The position numbers and the translations under genes were made by a program. A stretch of 63,852 nt of DNA, filler included, from Octopus bimaculoides (Eukaryota), in NCBI RefSeq assembly GCF_001194135.2. It is 6 parts of 6 records of this genome, joined end to end, with 100 filler letters (N's around TTAATTAATTAA, not from the genome) between each part and the next. Parts side by side here need not be neighbours in the genome. Positions count along the whole stretch, not along the records: positions 23,629 to 45,271 come from NC_068985.1; 5 more parts are not named here. The stretch is one strand, 5' to 3'. Under the pieces are notes generated by a model. The model was not told the origin of the DNA. It made no database searches and worked only from the letters and a program-made list of their open reading frames with translations. Position 1 is the stretch's first letter, and every line of letters starts with the position of its first letter. Positions 26,150 through 39,300 of the stretch are shown here, in pieces.

Positions 26150-26520
26150 ATTTTGTCATGGGATTTTGTCCACAGCATCATCAACAAAGTCGTGCTAATT
26201 CTTCAGAATGATTTGCCCGTGAAGATCACAAAACGTTTGGCAAAATTTGATGCAATCTCCTTCTTTGATGCATTCTGTGAAGCCAAAAGTCCGATGAGCT
26301 CGCTGGCATTTAATAATGCTGGCACCATTTCCGGTGGAATTCCCAACTCACTCGTGTGTCGATATATTCCTGTGTGGTCAAGGCTGGACATATACAGACG
26401 ATAAGATTTATTGTTTCTTCCCCACCATTACATATCCTTTAAATACTTGTATTCTGATCTATTATGCCATTGGGGCTTTCTGGTAGAGGGAATCTGATCA
26501 TGTGCCGGAATTTAGAAAGC
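26150..26520 (-). mobile_element. Degenerate R4/Dong-type LINE fragment (CCHC region)
   Basis: RICNGGEETINLIVCICPALTTQEY..RVSWEFHRKWCQHY matches the R4 motif CR.C...ET..HI.S.C..LA..EY..RH..V...HW.LC..Y. Confidence 0.65.
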
Positions 26521-27849
26521 TTCAGTTTCTGCTTTAAATTCCGCAATTCTGAACCAGTATTCGGTTTTGATATTCGCTAATTTTTTTTTATAATGGGAAC
26601 AGGAAAAAAGAATATCAATTTCGGGCTTTATAGCGATTACAGGGTAATCATGAACACCCATAGTATCTATAACAATGTCTCAAATTGGGGAAGTAAATAT
26701 AAACTGAATGACGAGTAGAGAAAACAATGTAATACTTGTGTGAGGAATAGCACACGTTTAGCTGATGATACAAACCACCCATCATGTTGCCCCATTAATT
26801 AAATATGTTCACAGGAAAACTTCTCGATTTGAAAATGGCAATGCAAATACTAACGCATTTCGGATTCGTTTACCAATCCTGCTGACGATAATAATACAAA
26901 TATTACTAATATTTAAAATAATAGCGAACAAATTAGCGAAACTAATACTAGAGATAGTATTGAGAGCAGCAACTCTACAAAGCTATAATTATAGTAATGG
27001 AATGAGAGATATTAATGCCGCCATTCATTTAGATCTTAATGATGGTTATATTTGCTTTCGCTAAACAAAAGAGGGGTCTTCATAGCCATAACACGAATAG
27101 CAGCATATTAGGTACTACGTTTTGTTCCTACAATATAAATAATAGTTTAACTATCAATAGGGAGTGTAACAATAACGGGTCTTACGATAATTGATATTTA
27201 ATACAAGATAAAAAGTGATGAAATAGCAGAATACTCCGTAGCTGCTCTGTGAATATCTACTCTTACCGAATAACGTTATGCGTAAATGTTCCATTCATGA
27301 TAAGCAACAAAATTCAGATGGCGGTGCACACTAAAAGCATGACATCTGGATGGATTTAATTGTAGAATAATTGAATAAAATATTTATACGACATTCCTTA
27401 GACTTTATGAGACAAATTTCATTCCACATTAGTTTAGTTTTCTCTAGTAAACGTAGCATTTCCTATCATTAACTACTCATAATCACTATCTTAAGAACAG
27501 AAAAATTTATAGAATTATTAACTGTTCCATTATTAAAAACGGGAAAATTGTATCAAGATCGCCGAGCTCAACGCCATCTCTGTAGCAAGATATAATAGTT
27601 CTAGAAAGAAGCAGTCGAATTTTGCAGACATTTGAAAACTTTTCTCACCATGAATTTATATCTACCTCAGTTAGACATTTACTTATTACTATTGTGTGCC
27701 ACTTGATTTGATTTGCGAAGCATTCAAACATTTAGACATTATGCTCAGCGTCTATTATCGGACTTATAACTAGATGTGTTTACGCACTTATTTAGTGTTT
27801 ACGTACGTATTTAGTCGTTATGTATGAATGTACAAGATTGACACATACA

Positions 27850-28215
27850 ACCAGTTGGAATTGGTACCAGTCAACTGGAGATTTCAGCCGATATGATCCT
27901 ACGCCATTTATCGGAAGGGGGTACCCCACATGCATTTGGTAGATTTGTTGCCGAGTGCTGCTCGATAGGAGTGAAAAGTTAGGGCTCTGAAGAGTGTGGC
28001 ATACATCTCGAGGAAGTGCCCATATATTGAAGTGGATTGCGGTGCCACTATATTTAAGTAAATTGTATCAGAGGCAGGTGGAGATCAAGCAACTCGGAGC
28101 CGTTTTTAAGAGAGTTGGAAGGAAAGAGGCTGACATAGTGCAACAATTGCAGCTGGTAATGCACCAACGCGACAGCTTGAACATTCGGACATTAGAAGAA
28201 GGGAGATAAATGTAA
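27850..28215 (-). mobile_element. Possible old CR1/Jockey-like LINE 3' remnant
   Basis: Degenerate KRLRVA*SPPASDTIYLNIVAPQ resembles post-RT L.RL....P..L.TIYK..VRP; locally higher GC. Weak. Confidence 0.3.
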
Positions 28216-31200
28216 AATAAATTTCTTAAATGTGATGTTCTTGTCTGCCTTTACCAATTATCGTCAATCTTGGTTATTGACCAAAAGATAACACTCAAAA
28301 ATACAATGGCCGTGATGGCAATTATGGAGTGAATTTTAGGGCTTATAAATCTAATATTTTTCTATCCTTCCTTATTACCGGTTCGCATATTTGAAAATAT
28401 CTATATAACTCAGAGTGACGAAGAAACGTAGAAAGTATCGCATCAACGTGGGATGTGATAAAAACGACAGCTAATTTCCCTCATCTCACTCACCTTCTGA
28501 TCCGAAAATTAAATTGAAATCATAAAAGGAAACAAATGGCAGGTTCGGACTGTCCATATTTCAAAACTTTGACTAATAAAATTTCGAGAAAGTATAATTT
28601 AGGAAATATTGCGTAAAATATAATAAATAAAACTGTTTGAAAAATCGAAGATATTTCCGTGTGAGGAACTACATTCGCAAGTATTTCCTAAGAGTTAAAA
28701 TATAATAAATATATTATGAGAGTTTCAATCATAATTATGCATATATATATATATAGGTGCGCTGGCGCGTGTGTTTGAGTATGAAATATCTATAAGCAAT
28801 TGTATAAGAGTTCGCGAATTATAACAATTATACTAAATTCCGTACCAAACTTACAGTTATACCCTTGGGTACATAGCTACATCAAAACCTTAAAATACGT
28901 GTTTCAGTATGCCCGAAATAAAATTGCAGGCAATATTCTAAATGAATAAATGTATACATACCTTAGTTTATAATGTCAAAATGGCGAATTTACTACGAAT
29001 AATATGTGAAAATGTATCTGTAATAGTTTATGTCCTCGAGTTTCATCCAAGCTGTATTAACCAATTATCTCGTTACTGATGTACACATTATGCCTAACAT
29101 TTCATTATATAATTAGAAAACCACATACATAGACGGGAACAAACTAACAATATTATACAGTTTTGGATATTCGGTTTATCAAATGACAATTGTTGTAAAG
29201 TGAATTTGTGACATAATTCATGACGTATAAAGTAGTTTCCAAATATTGCGCTGCACTTTTCGTTAGCGCCATGTTTACAACTCAATAACTCTAATGATGA
29301 CACAAACTCTGTTTTAAAAGCTGCTGTTATTTTTAGTCTTTGGCCTATACGTGTGTCTGTGTCTGCTTATGATATTTCTGTTACGTTCCTTTTCACATCT
29401 CTCACTACTATTACCCTCAAACCGATAAACACGTTTTCTCTTCCCATCTCCTTCATTCTCTTTCCTATATCTCTCTCACTCTTCTTCTCACTTTCTCACT
29501 TTCATTCCCTCCTACTCTCTCTCCCTCGCCCAGTGCCTTTTCTTCTTAACTTATCATATCATAGCCTAGCGTAAGTTATATCAAAGTCGAATTCACATCC
29601 CCATTACAGGGTTCAATCAACTATATCATGCTACCATTTCGTTTTTTATTTTATCTAAAAGACTACGGGGTCTTAAAGGGACATCATAATAGACAACTTA
29701 ATTCCAAATGGTGTACGTGTGCAATTTAACAGTCGTTTCTATGACAAGCCGCTCTCTATGGAGATCACTTATAAGCACACAGAAACAAAAGAAGGCAATT
29801 TCATTATGCAGTTGCATGAGGGGTTTGGAGTATAACGCTTGTGTTATATCTGAATTGAATAAAATGTATTCTGTATTCGTGAGTATAATAAATGGCAAAC
29901 GTCAATTTTCATTTGAAGTTTTTAGGCGTTAGCCGATTAAGAGCTGCTGATTATAACAGTTATAGCTGGAACAATTGTGAGACAATGTTCTCCTCACAGA
30001 AATATAACCGATGAAATATGCTACTTGATTTTGGGTTCTCTGCAACGTACATCTCGAGACATATATTGTGTAATATTTTGTCTCAGTTTCAAAATTCGAG
30101 GAATGTATTCAGGGGTACGCTTCGCCAATAATCATTGTATATAGTGACTTGTGGAAAATATGCTCTCGCATTTTCGTAATGTTACGAAAATTTTCAGTGC
30201 ATGCCGATGAACCATAGTGTTGAATGTCTGATCTCCGAAGTGAGAACATGAGCAAAATAATAGAAAACACATGAGAAAGTCTTCAACAAGATAATAAACG
30301 GTACTTTGAAAATAATCTTTAACTGATTCATTACTATTTATGCAAACTCATGAGCCATAACAGAAATGAGGATTAGGACATCTTAGAATAAATCTGTGCA
30401 GCAGCACATCACTCATTTGTATTACTGCTATGTTTTCTTTCATTTCGCAACACAGATCATCGACTTCTTATGCTGAATATTCGAATACGACAATTTATTT
30501 TTCATGATGGACTAAACAATATTTGCTTGATCGTGTTCTTTGGACTCTATCTGTTTCTGTACATGTGCCAGGTCAAATTTCCATTCATTCTAATTCCTAG
30601 TACACATTCATAAATTCTCTTTTTGCACTTAGTGTCTTTATTACTATCTTACTTATATTCTGCTGTCACAGGTCAAATTTAATATGTCTGTTGATCTGTA
30701 TTTTCTTGGTTAAACGAAATGTGGTTAATGATTAGATATTTACCATGTTCCTGTAATAGATTTTCTTACTACCGAATTAGTAGGCATTTCTATAACCATG
30801 TTTTATCTTGGTTTTAATTGGTTCATAATTTACGTGGTAATTTCTCTTTCTTTTTGCATCTGCATGACATGTTAGCTTCTGTTTTGTATTCTTTAGCTTC
30901 TTTGATGGCAGGAAACCGTTTTCTTTTGTTCGTGTCTTGTAGCTATTTATATTCATTTATTTACTAGATATTCTTGAAATCTGACAGTGGAGAGCTCATA
31001 ATAATTGTCTTGTTCTATAAAACACCTGTACTACAGTCTATAAAGCAAACGTATTACTGTCTTAAAAATAATATATCGATATCAAATAGTGGATGACATA
31101 GTCTGAATTCATCTATTATTTTTCTTATTAATAATCTGCCAAGCCTTGCTAGTTCGTTTAGTGTGTCGTTGAGAATACAATAACTGCGGTGTACTATTCT

Positions 31201-32559
31201 GGATGCAAGATTATTAATATTGATACCAACATACATTTACTACTATATTCATAAATTATCAAGACTAAAATATGTCTCTATATGCATCTCCTGATTGTAT
31301 CTATTATAGTATGTTCGTTTCCTTCATTTCTCAGTATTGGTATAAATGAATTTGTTTCACTTGATTTTACCTACGTGTATATAGATTTTGTTTTGTTTTG
31401 ATTTTTCTTTCTTTGTTTATTGGTAATTTTCTTTCTTTAATCTTTACTAAGACTTATACTCATTTTAGTTTTCAAATGAATATACTCTCTTCATTAGTGT
31501 TTATTTTTTCGGAGCGATTCTAAACGAGATGTAACACGTTAAAGTTGTCAAAGGAGAGACAGAAAGTTTCGTATTCGGAATATTGTAATTCTATTTGGAA
31601 TAAAGATATTTTTCTTATGTACTCTTTTTTCCTTTATATTTGCTATGAATTTTTCCCACTCAGGAGAAAGTTAAGTTATTTGCATGTTATAAGTTGTAGT
31701 TTAATAATGTCTTCAATTTAGAGGCACAATAGTGGGAGAAAACAGTCAAAACCATTCCGATATAAAATCTATGATAATCTAAGCTATTTCTTCTTCCCTC
31801 TCCATGTTTTTGTTTACGGATTTGTTAAAATGTAATCTGGCCATGCGTCCATATCACTATTGCCGGCACAAGTCATATTGTATACAGTTCAAATAATTAG
31901 GCTCTAGGTAGACAGGTAAAGGAGATTTGTTATAGGGTTTGGTATTTCATTAGTTGGCATGTGTGCAAAGTATTTACTGCATGGTAGTTAGTGCGTTTAT
32001 TTACTTATTTATTCATCTATCTATTTATTTTTGCATGTAATGTAGACAGCGAGCGAGAAAGCATTTTCTATGGAAAAGGCAGAAAATGTATGAAGTAATT
32101 TTAAAATATTTTGATGTTTTTAAAGATATGTCTAGGATTAACATGCTCATATTTTTAGAAATACTGCCAAATGTTACAGATAAGTATTCCCATTTTATAA
32201 AATATGTATATATGCATATTTGTAAGCGGGCAGGCCCAATATTTCCCTTCACTTTTAATATTTATATCATCTATTCTACTGATCATTTAGCTTCGACCGA
32301 TATTTTCTCGCAGTTCTCGACTCTGCAGAATAAAGCTTGAACGAGGAGATTTTCATCTAAGATGTGTTCTCAGATAAAACTTTATACATTTCTTAAAGAG
32401 TTGACCCTGTTTAAACCCAAAGGTATTTTTCATTTTATATTAAACGAAATTGGTTTCTTAAAATTTCAACGCAATATAGATATCATCCGGAGATGTGCTG
32501 TCAAATTGGAATATATCAGGAGGTATCCATTCGAAGCTAGAGTTAGCCTATATACGCCT

Positions 32560-32985
32560 GGAGGCAACGAGCTGGCAGTAACGTTAGCACGCCGGGCGAA
32601 ATGCTTAGCGGTATTTCGTCTGCCGTGACGTTCTGAGTTCAAATTCCTCCGAGATCGACCCTGCCTTTCATTCTTTCAGGGTCGATAAATTAAGTACCAG
32701 TTACGCACTGGGGTTGATGTAATTGACTTAATCCCTTTGTCTGTCCTTGTTTGTCCCCTCTATGTTTAGCCCCTTGTGGGCAATAAAGAAATAAGAAATG
32801 TTAGCACGCCGGGCGAAATGCTTAACGGTATTTCGTCTGCCGTTACCTTCTGAGTTCAAATTCCGCCGAGGTCTACTTTGCCTTTCATCCTTTCGGTGTC
32901 GATTAAATAGGTACCAGTTATGCACTGGTGTCGACTTAATCCCTTTCTCCGTCCTCGATTGTCCTCTCTATGTTTAGCCAAATCT
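32560..32985 (+). mobile_element. SINE family B, tandem dimer (period ~217 bp)
   Basis: ggcaacgagctggcagtaacgttagcacgccgggcgaaatgc..gagttcaaatt..gggcaataaagaaataagaa, then the unit restarts at gttagcacgcc (32800). Confidence 0.9.
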
Positions 32986-33226
32986 GAGCAATAAAGACAT
33001 AAATATATATACACGCCTGGAAGTTTTATAAGCCATTTTGTGGGACTGAATCAGAAGACTTAGTTGGCAACCCCGGCAAAGAGCAAGCTTATTTTTATAT
33101 ATTGGAATCCTTTTACCAAGTCGATTACACAATACAGTTATCAAATAACGTGTTCTTCTCAATGGTAATTACTTTTTTGTTTTTGGTAGAACATCAACTA
33201 TACGCAGGTTTTCTTTCTATTTCCAG

Positions 33227-36200
33227 GGATATTCTTTTCTATTACAATGAAGTACATCGACACAGGAAGATACATTACAGGCTGGTCTTTTGGATTACCA
33301 CTTTTCTGCAGTGAATTAGATGTTTATGAAGTTGTAAAAGAGTTTAAGCGTCTACCAAATGTGTCTGTTTCTTGGCACAGCCATGTCTGTGAGGTATGAA
33401 ATTTGCTTCAGATTGACATAGTCCTGGGATCCATCCTACTGTGTGATACATATGGCAAATGTTTTCAACTATAGCCTCGAGACGACCTAACCCGTTTCAG
33501 TGGATTGCTTGACGGAAACAAAACAGTAGCAAATCGTATGTAAAAACAACAAAAGTCGAAGACAGGTGTGAAAACAACAAAGATCTGTATTAGTCTAACG
33601 CCCGGTATGTGAGAAAGTATTTTACGTTTTGAGCCGACGCTCTTCGACAGAAAGGAACACCGAAATAATCAGGACAATTAATTAACATTGCCTGCAATTG
33701 TTTCACCTGTCGCCCAATTTAAATTATAAGACATATATAATAATATAAGTTTGCATTGTGATTACCCTGAGTGGTGGAAGATCTTCAGTGCAAAATGAAT
33801 ATTACGTTCTTTACATTTTGATCAATTAAAATACTCCAACAGAATAAGCAGATATCGTGTTTATTATCTGCATGAGCATGCGTTAATATTTTTACTTCTA
33901 TTCAAAAAACAATAATAATAATAATGAATTACAGTATACAACAATAAAAATAAAGGAGAAAAATATAGATTTATAATAAATACTGATTATATGAAATATT
34001 ATAGTAACAGTAAAAATGAATAAAATAAAAATGGGTTTGAAATTTCTTTTACGTGCGTGTGCGTAGGTCTTTGCGTTTCTGTTCGTTTGACACTCGGTGT
34101 TGGTGTGTTCAGGTCACTGTGACTTAGAGGTTCGACATAAGAAACGAACTCAATGCTTACCAGATTTTAAAATTCATTCAACTAAAAATTCTTCAGTTAA
34201 AAGACTGAAACAGAAAAGAAGATAATAGTGCATCGGGTAACGCGAGAAAGTTTAATGGTTTTGAAAATATACGAATCTCTGTGACTATGGAGAAACTGCT
34301 CTGTTCAGTTGCTTTTGTTACACGTGAGACATATTGACTTCTATAATTTTGCCATGAATTATTTTGCTTTTAAAATTGGGTTTTTATTATCTGTCAAGCT
34401 GTCATGTTTATCGTCTTTTATATAAATATCTGCTGCCTTCAAACATAATATTTGTGGTTTTATTTAATGGTGTTATAGCATCAATATGATTCTTCTTGAG
34501 TTCTTTCAAACATTTGACTAGTTGTAATCAGATGTTTTTCGGTGCGTATAGTGTATTTAGTTCGGAATACTATCCGTATTTATATTAATATTTTGAGAAA
34601 GATTATAAATTTTCATGTGACTAATTTTGTATACTTCGCTAAGTCGAATATCTATTATATAATTCAATTTATTTTCCAAATTGGCTTTTATTCTTCTGTT
34701 AATTTCTATTCTGCAGGAAAATATAGTTTCCTTAATCTGGAATATTTTATTTTCGTAAGTATGCAAGCGTACAGAATAAAAAAAAAAAACAGTATCCGCA
34801 CAATCGAAATGAGCATTTCATTTACATGGTCTTTTAACTTCCTTGTTTATTAATAACAGACTCTGTTAATGTTGGTCTTTAAAAAGCAGTATCTTGGATT
34901 TATGTTACTTGTGACTAATGTGTCTTCCTCTATAATAACAATAACTCAATACATGTGTTAGCTTTACTCTCAAAAAGCTGCTATCGCATTTTTTTTCACC
35001 AACATAATATTGATGAGAAAATTTGCCACAAGGCCGGAAATTTAGTAGGAGGAGTAAGTCAATTACATTGACGCCAGTACTCAATTACTAGTTGCTTAAA
35101 TACAAGTTGAGGACCAGTGTCGATGTAATCGAATTACCCGCTTTCTCAACCTTGTGAAAAATTGACTCCGAAAACTTAAGTCAAGCTCGTCGAAACATGG
35201 ATCAGAAGATAAAAGCAGACAAAACGCTGCTAAGCAATTTTCCCAGCATCCTAATGAGTCTCCCAGCAGGCTGCCTTGATTCGTTATCATAATATTAATT
35301 ACACATTCAAATATAGACTGTTGCCTACGTCCTGAAGTTGTAGATATTATATAAGTTGTTGCTGGGGAAATACCGTCATGTTAAGCACAACTACCTACGA
35401 TTGAAATGATGTTACATGTTTAGGTTGCCGTAATATTGCTTTTGTTATCTGTAGTATTATTGTGTACTACAGTCGGGACGGCTACTTAGGTTTTTTATTA
35501 TTTTAATATTTAGCATTACAGCCATCGATTCCATTCTTTAGAGTAACACTGGTTGGCAAATTAATTGTAATATATTTCCTAGGTTAATACATGTTGCTGT
35601 CCTGTGTTTGTGTATTACCAGCTTAATTCAAATTTAATTGACTTTCTATCAGCAATTCATTGATATGTACGATATATCTCGATGTCGTGGCACTCCGTCG
35701 GTTACGACGACGATGGTTCCAGTTGATCCAATCAACGGAACAACCTGCTCGTGAAATGAACGTGGAAGTGCGTGAGCACTCCACAGACACATTATTATTT
35801 GTATGCTCTTCTCTCAACTTTGTTTCAATTTCTTGTTGAGTGTCTTCCCAACACCTAGGTTAAAGAAACTCATTGTATACATTGGTAGCTAATCAAAATA
35901 AATCCACCAAGTTTATTATTTACAAAGCCATGTCATAAAAATGAAGTGAAAAAAAGAAAGAAAAATTGAAAGCAGGATAAATGAAAATGAAAAAAAACAA
36001 CTTAAACAAACAGATGTCAAAGAAAATAATGGAGAATAAAGGAAAGAAAATTGACAGCGATAATGTATATTTTGTTTTTCTAAATACGCATGACGTACAG
36101 GTTAAAACAATCTTTTACGCTTCTTGCATGAATGGTCAGCTAGAGATCATCATCAAATAATTATCAATTCTTCTTTTGATCATTCCAAGTGCTTCTCCAA

Positions 36201-36307
36201 TATCTGGTATTATAACCTTCTTCAGATGCGGTATGCTTTCTATTTCAATCAGAAAATCCTCATAATTTCTGAGTTCATCAAATTATTTTACGTATATTTT
36301 ATGATTA

Positions 36308-36349
<42 letters not shown>

Positions 36350-36553
36350 TTATGTTTGACTTTTTGTTTTGCATTTGTACAAGTTGGATCCAAGTCTCAC
36401 CTAGAGACCTCAAGAGACAACAAGTTAGAAGTTCATGTAGGTGTTATGCCTAGGGTACCATATATTTGGATTTGTACAGTTTTGTTCAAGTGAATGTTTA
36501 AGAAACCATAAGAAAATTATGTTTGCTTTAAAATTTGAGATCACATATTATTA

Positions 36554-36629
<76 letters not shown>

Positions 36630-37520
36630 GTGCGTTGCTCATGACGTTCTCTACTATGACTGCGGCATTTTTACTGCAGGGAATTGCTGGTTTCCCTTGC
36701 AGCAACCAAACTTTTGTTCATTTTCATTTTTCGTCAGATTGCAACTTTCAATAAGCATGCAACTATAACCCCATTGGCACGTTTAAGTGCTTCAGATCAA
36801 ATTCAGCAACCTATGATTCCCGTATGTATTTCAATATCTTTCAGTTCTTAATAGGTTGATGTGTGTCTGACCGATTGCACTAGTCGTATTAACACTTTCT
36901 GTCAATGTTTTAAACGCTTTGGCGGCAAAAGCTAGAAAGTGTTTTGATTAAAACGAGTATCATCACGTTTTGTTTATACTTCTACAATCTAGAATCATGT
37001 AATACTGAATATATGTTCTATTATTTGCTTAGTATTTTATCTTGATTGCAGGGGTTTTCCATCATTTATTGGGCACAATCATCATTTATAGTTTATTTTC
37101 ATGTTTATTTTCATGTTGTTTTCCCTTTTTTCTTTCATTTTTAACGAGAGGTTTTCTTTTATATTTTTTCACGCCGACTTAAGGATTGGCTTAAGTTGTA
37201 AGTCGACAAGAATCAAACCTTTTTACCTTTATTATTGCCACTGCTCTTGAAACGATTTTCAGGAAGATTGTGGCCATTTACATATCAGCATGGAACGTCA
37301 AGTTAGATTTATGTAACTATTCGTAAAATTACCTTTCCGATTGTAGGCATTACATTTGTTACTCGCTTAACACTGAATTCTCTTATTTTCACTTCTAATT
37401 TATTCATTGTGGTTCTGTATTTGTGTCTTCATGCATGTTAACTATTGCTGTTATCAATGCACTTATATTTGTTTTGCTGTTATCCATTAGACTGTTGTCC
37501 GTCTTACAGGAAGTGGTTCG
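33227..37520 (+). CDS. Tentative spliced coding exons of an unidentified protein: 33227-33393, 34717-34754, 36680(or 36738)-36821, 37491-37520
   Basis: Each exon has a pyrimidine-rich AG acceptor, a GT donor (GTATGA, GTAAGT, GTATGT, GTAATT) and an open frame, and the phases join in order. No recognisable homology, and the first donor lies inside a SINE head. Confidence 0.25.
33374..33535 (+). mobile_element. Degenerate SINE family A
   Basis: ggcacagccatgtctgtgaggtatgaaatttgcttc resembles ggcgcaggc.tggctgtgtggtaagaagcttgcttc; also ggcaaatgttttcaactatagcctcg. Confidence 0.65.
33540..33680 (-). repeat. Second copy of the hammerhead-like short repeat
   Basis: Homology to 25520-25685 (see that entry). 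Confidence 0.65.
35682..35792 (-). mobile_element. SINE family C 3' tail
   Basis: gtggcactccgtcggttacgacgacgatggttccagttgatcc is the reverse complement of the 49296-49690 3' end. Confidence 0.85.
36350..36545 (-). mobile_element. Very short 5'-truncated R4/Dong-type LINE embedded in (TAA)n
   Basis: The 3' UTR (gaggtctctaggtgagacttgg) resembles taggtctctggttgagacctt at 10261. Flanked on both sides by (ATT)n (36308-36348, 36545-36628). Confidence 0.6.
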
Positions 37521-37949
37521 GTAATTACTTTGCTTTCAACGCTCTAGATTGAAAAACAAAAAGAAAATGTCAGGTATTCGAGCCGATTAAATAGATGCAG
37601 GGTCAGTATGACTTTAATTTAATCTCCCCCACCTACAACCATTGACCAACTTCATAAAATTTTTAGCTGGAATTATTCCTATCGTTTGAAGTGCCTCGAC
37701 TAGATCGGATCATGTATAGAGGAAATGAAATAATTTGGGAGGAATAAAAAATATTATATTAAATCGGGATTGAAGTGTTCCACGTGTCTTTTATACATAT
37801 GTATTCAAAGGGCTGTTTGATCTTATTATACAGTTAATTTTTAAATTTCTACCTGTACTAATGCACATGTACTCATTTTGTCATATTGTTTGTTGACATA
37901 TATCACGTACCATTGATCATTTCAATTTAGGTTGTCCAACAAAAAGATT

Positions 37950-38008
37950 CAGTTTGTCCAACAAAAATTAGTAAATTGAAATGATACTAATTTTTGTTGG
38001 ACAAACTG
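37950..38008. repeat. Perfect 24-bp inverted repeat with 11-nt loop
   Basis: cagtttgtccaacaaaaattagta / tactaatttttgttggacaaactg. Confidence 0.9.
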
Positions 38009-38159
38009 TCACTTTCAATTGTTTAAATGTTATCATTTTCTTTATGTATATGCATCCATTAATTATATTAATACTTCAGTTATTAATTTAAATGTGGCAG
38101 CTTTTGTAGCGATATTGTATTTTAATACTTTTTTTATGTATAATTAGGCCTCATATTTA

Positions 38160-39300
38160 TTATTATTGCTTCACGTCTCAGAGCACCCGGTATTTTTTCC
38201 TCTGGTTGATTCTGTGAGAGCAGACAACTGCTTGTTTTCAGGGGTTGACAGGGTCTTTTTCTGCTCATTATATGCTTTAATTCTTGGTTTTTAACTATCG
38301 TGAAAAACATTCATCATCCAAGTCCCAATCTCAAATCAAAGCCATCCCCGGCAGAATAAATTTGGCGGCTTGCTCTACTCTCATGTAAATTCCGATTTCT
38401 CTCACATAATTCTCGAACTTCGTTGTTAGTGCTCCGAGTGTCCCTACAACTACTCGAATGGCAGACACTTTCCTCATAGTCCATATTCTTGTAAATTCGA
38501 TTTTTAGTAATCTGTACTTTTCAATATTTTCTAGTTCTTTGTCACTCATGCGTGCATCCCCAGATATTGCATTATCTATAATCTTGTTTTCTTTCTTTCG
38601 CCTTATGTGCCACATTAATATCCGGTCTGCAAGCATCGACTGGAGAGTCACATTGGATTGTAATATCTCACAGTAACTTATGATCCTTTTTCACGATCAC
38701 TCCTTTCGGTGCATATGTATACCATTTCCGTGCTCTGTTCAGGCTGTACTTTTCACATATCCTCCAGTGGATGAACTTAGCCACGTTATCGTGCCTCCTT
38801 TTCTAGTGCTTTTGGGCCAGCTTGCTACACTCATTTTGTCTGTCATTACGTTCTTTTTTTCATACTTTCGTGGTGGTTAAAATAAGTACCAGTTGTGCAT
38901 TGGGATCCAATTCCCCATTTGTCGAAATTGCTGGCCTTGTGCCAACATTTTAAATCATTGTTATTGCTTACCAGCTTCTGCAGCGGATACTTTCTACGAA
39001 TATTCGGCACACATATACTCCTCTGTTTTTCCTATCTCTGTTTCAATATTTTATGTGATTTACACTATTCTTACAAATTCTGATAGTTGCCATGAATATT
39101 GATTACGCCAATGTAAGTTTCTTATGACATTCAGCGGCAAAATTCTTCGTATTTTTCGAGGATTTGGCGAAGATATTTGTAAAATGGAAGATCTCAGTTT
39201 TGTATGACTCCACTATACTTATTCCGATTCCAATAATTCTTCACACATCAGATATGTTTAGTTGTCAGCATTTCCATGACAACATATATCGCTTTAAACA
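38160..39300 (-). mobile_element. R4/Dong-type LINE 3' fragment
   Basis: RVVVGTLGAL, IIDNAISGDARMSDKELENIEKY.LLK, RHDNVAKFIHW, WYMHRK, RLYVPNIRR.GGRK: REL/CCHC region, decayed. Confidence 0.85.

Noticed and set aside
33227-35640. Apparent mucolipin/TRPML resemblance (LPNVSV versus LPDVSL; HVAVLCLCITSL versus DVVVILTCSLSF)
   Set aside because: The matches are short, other look-alike pieces are out of order, the spacing is wrong and a stop follows at 35634. Probably pattern over-reading; a profile search would be needed.
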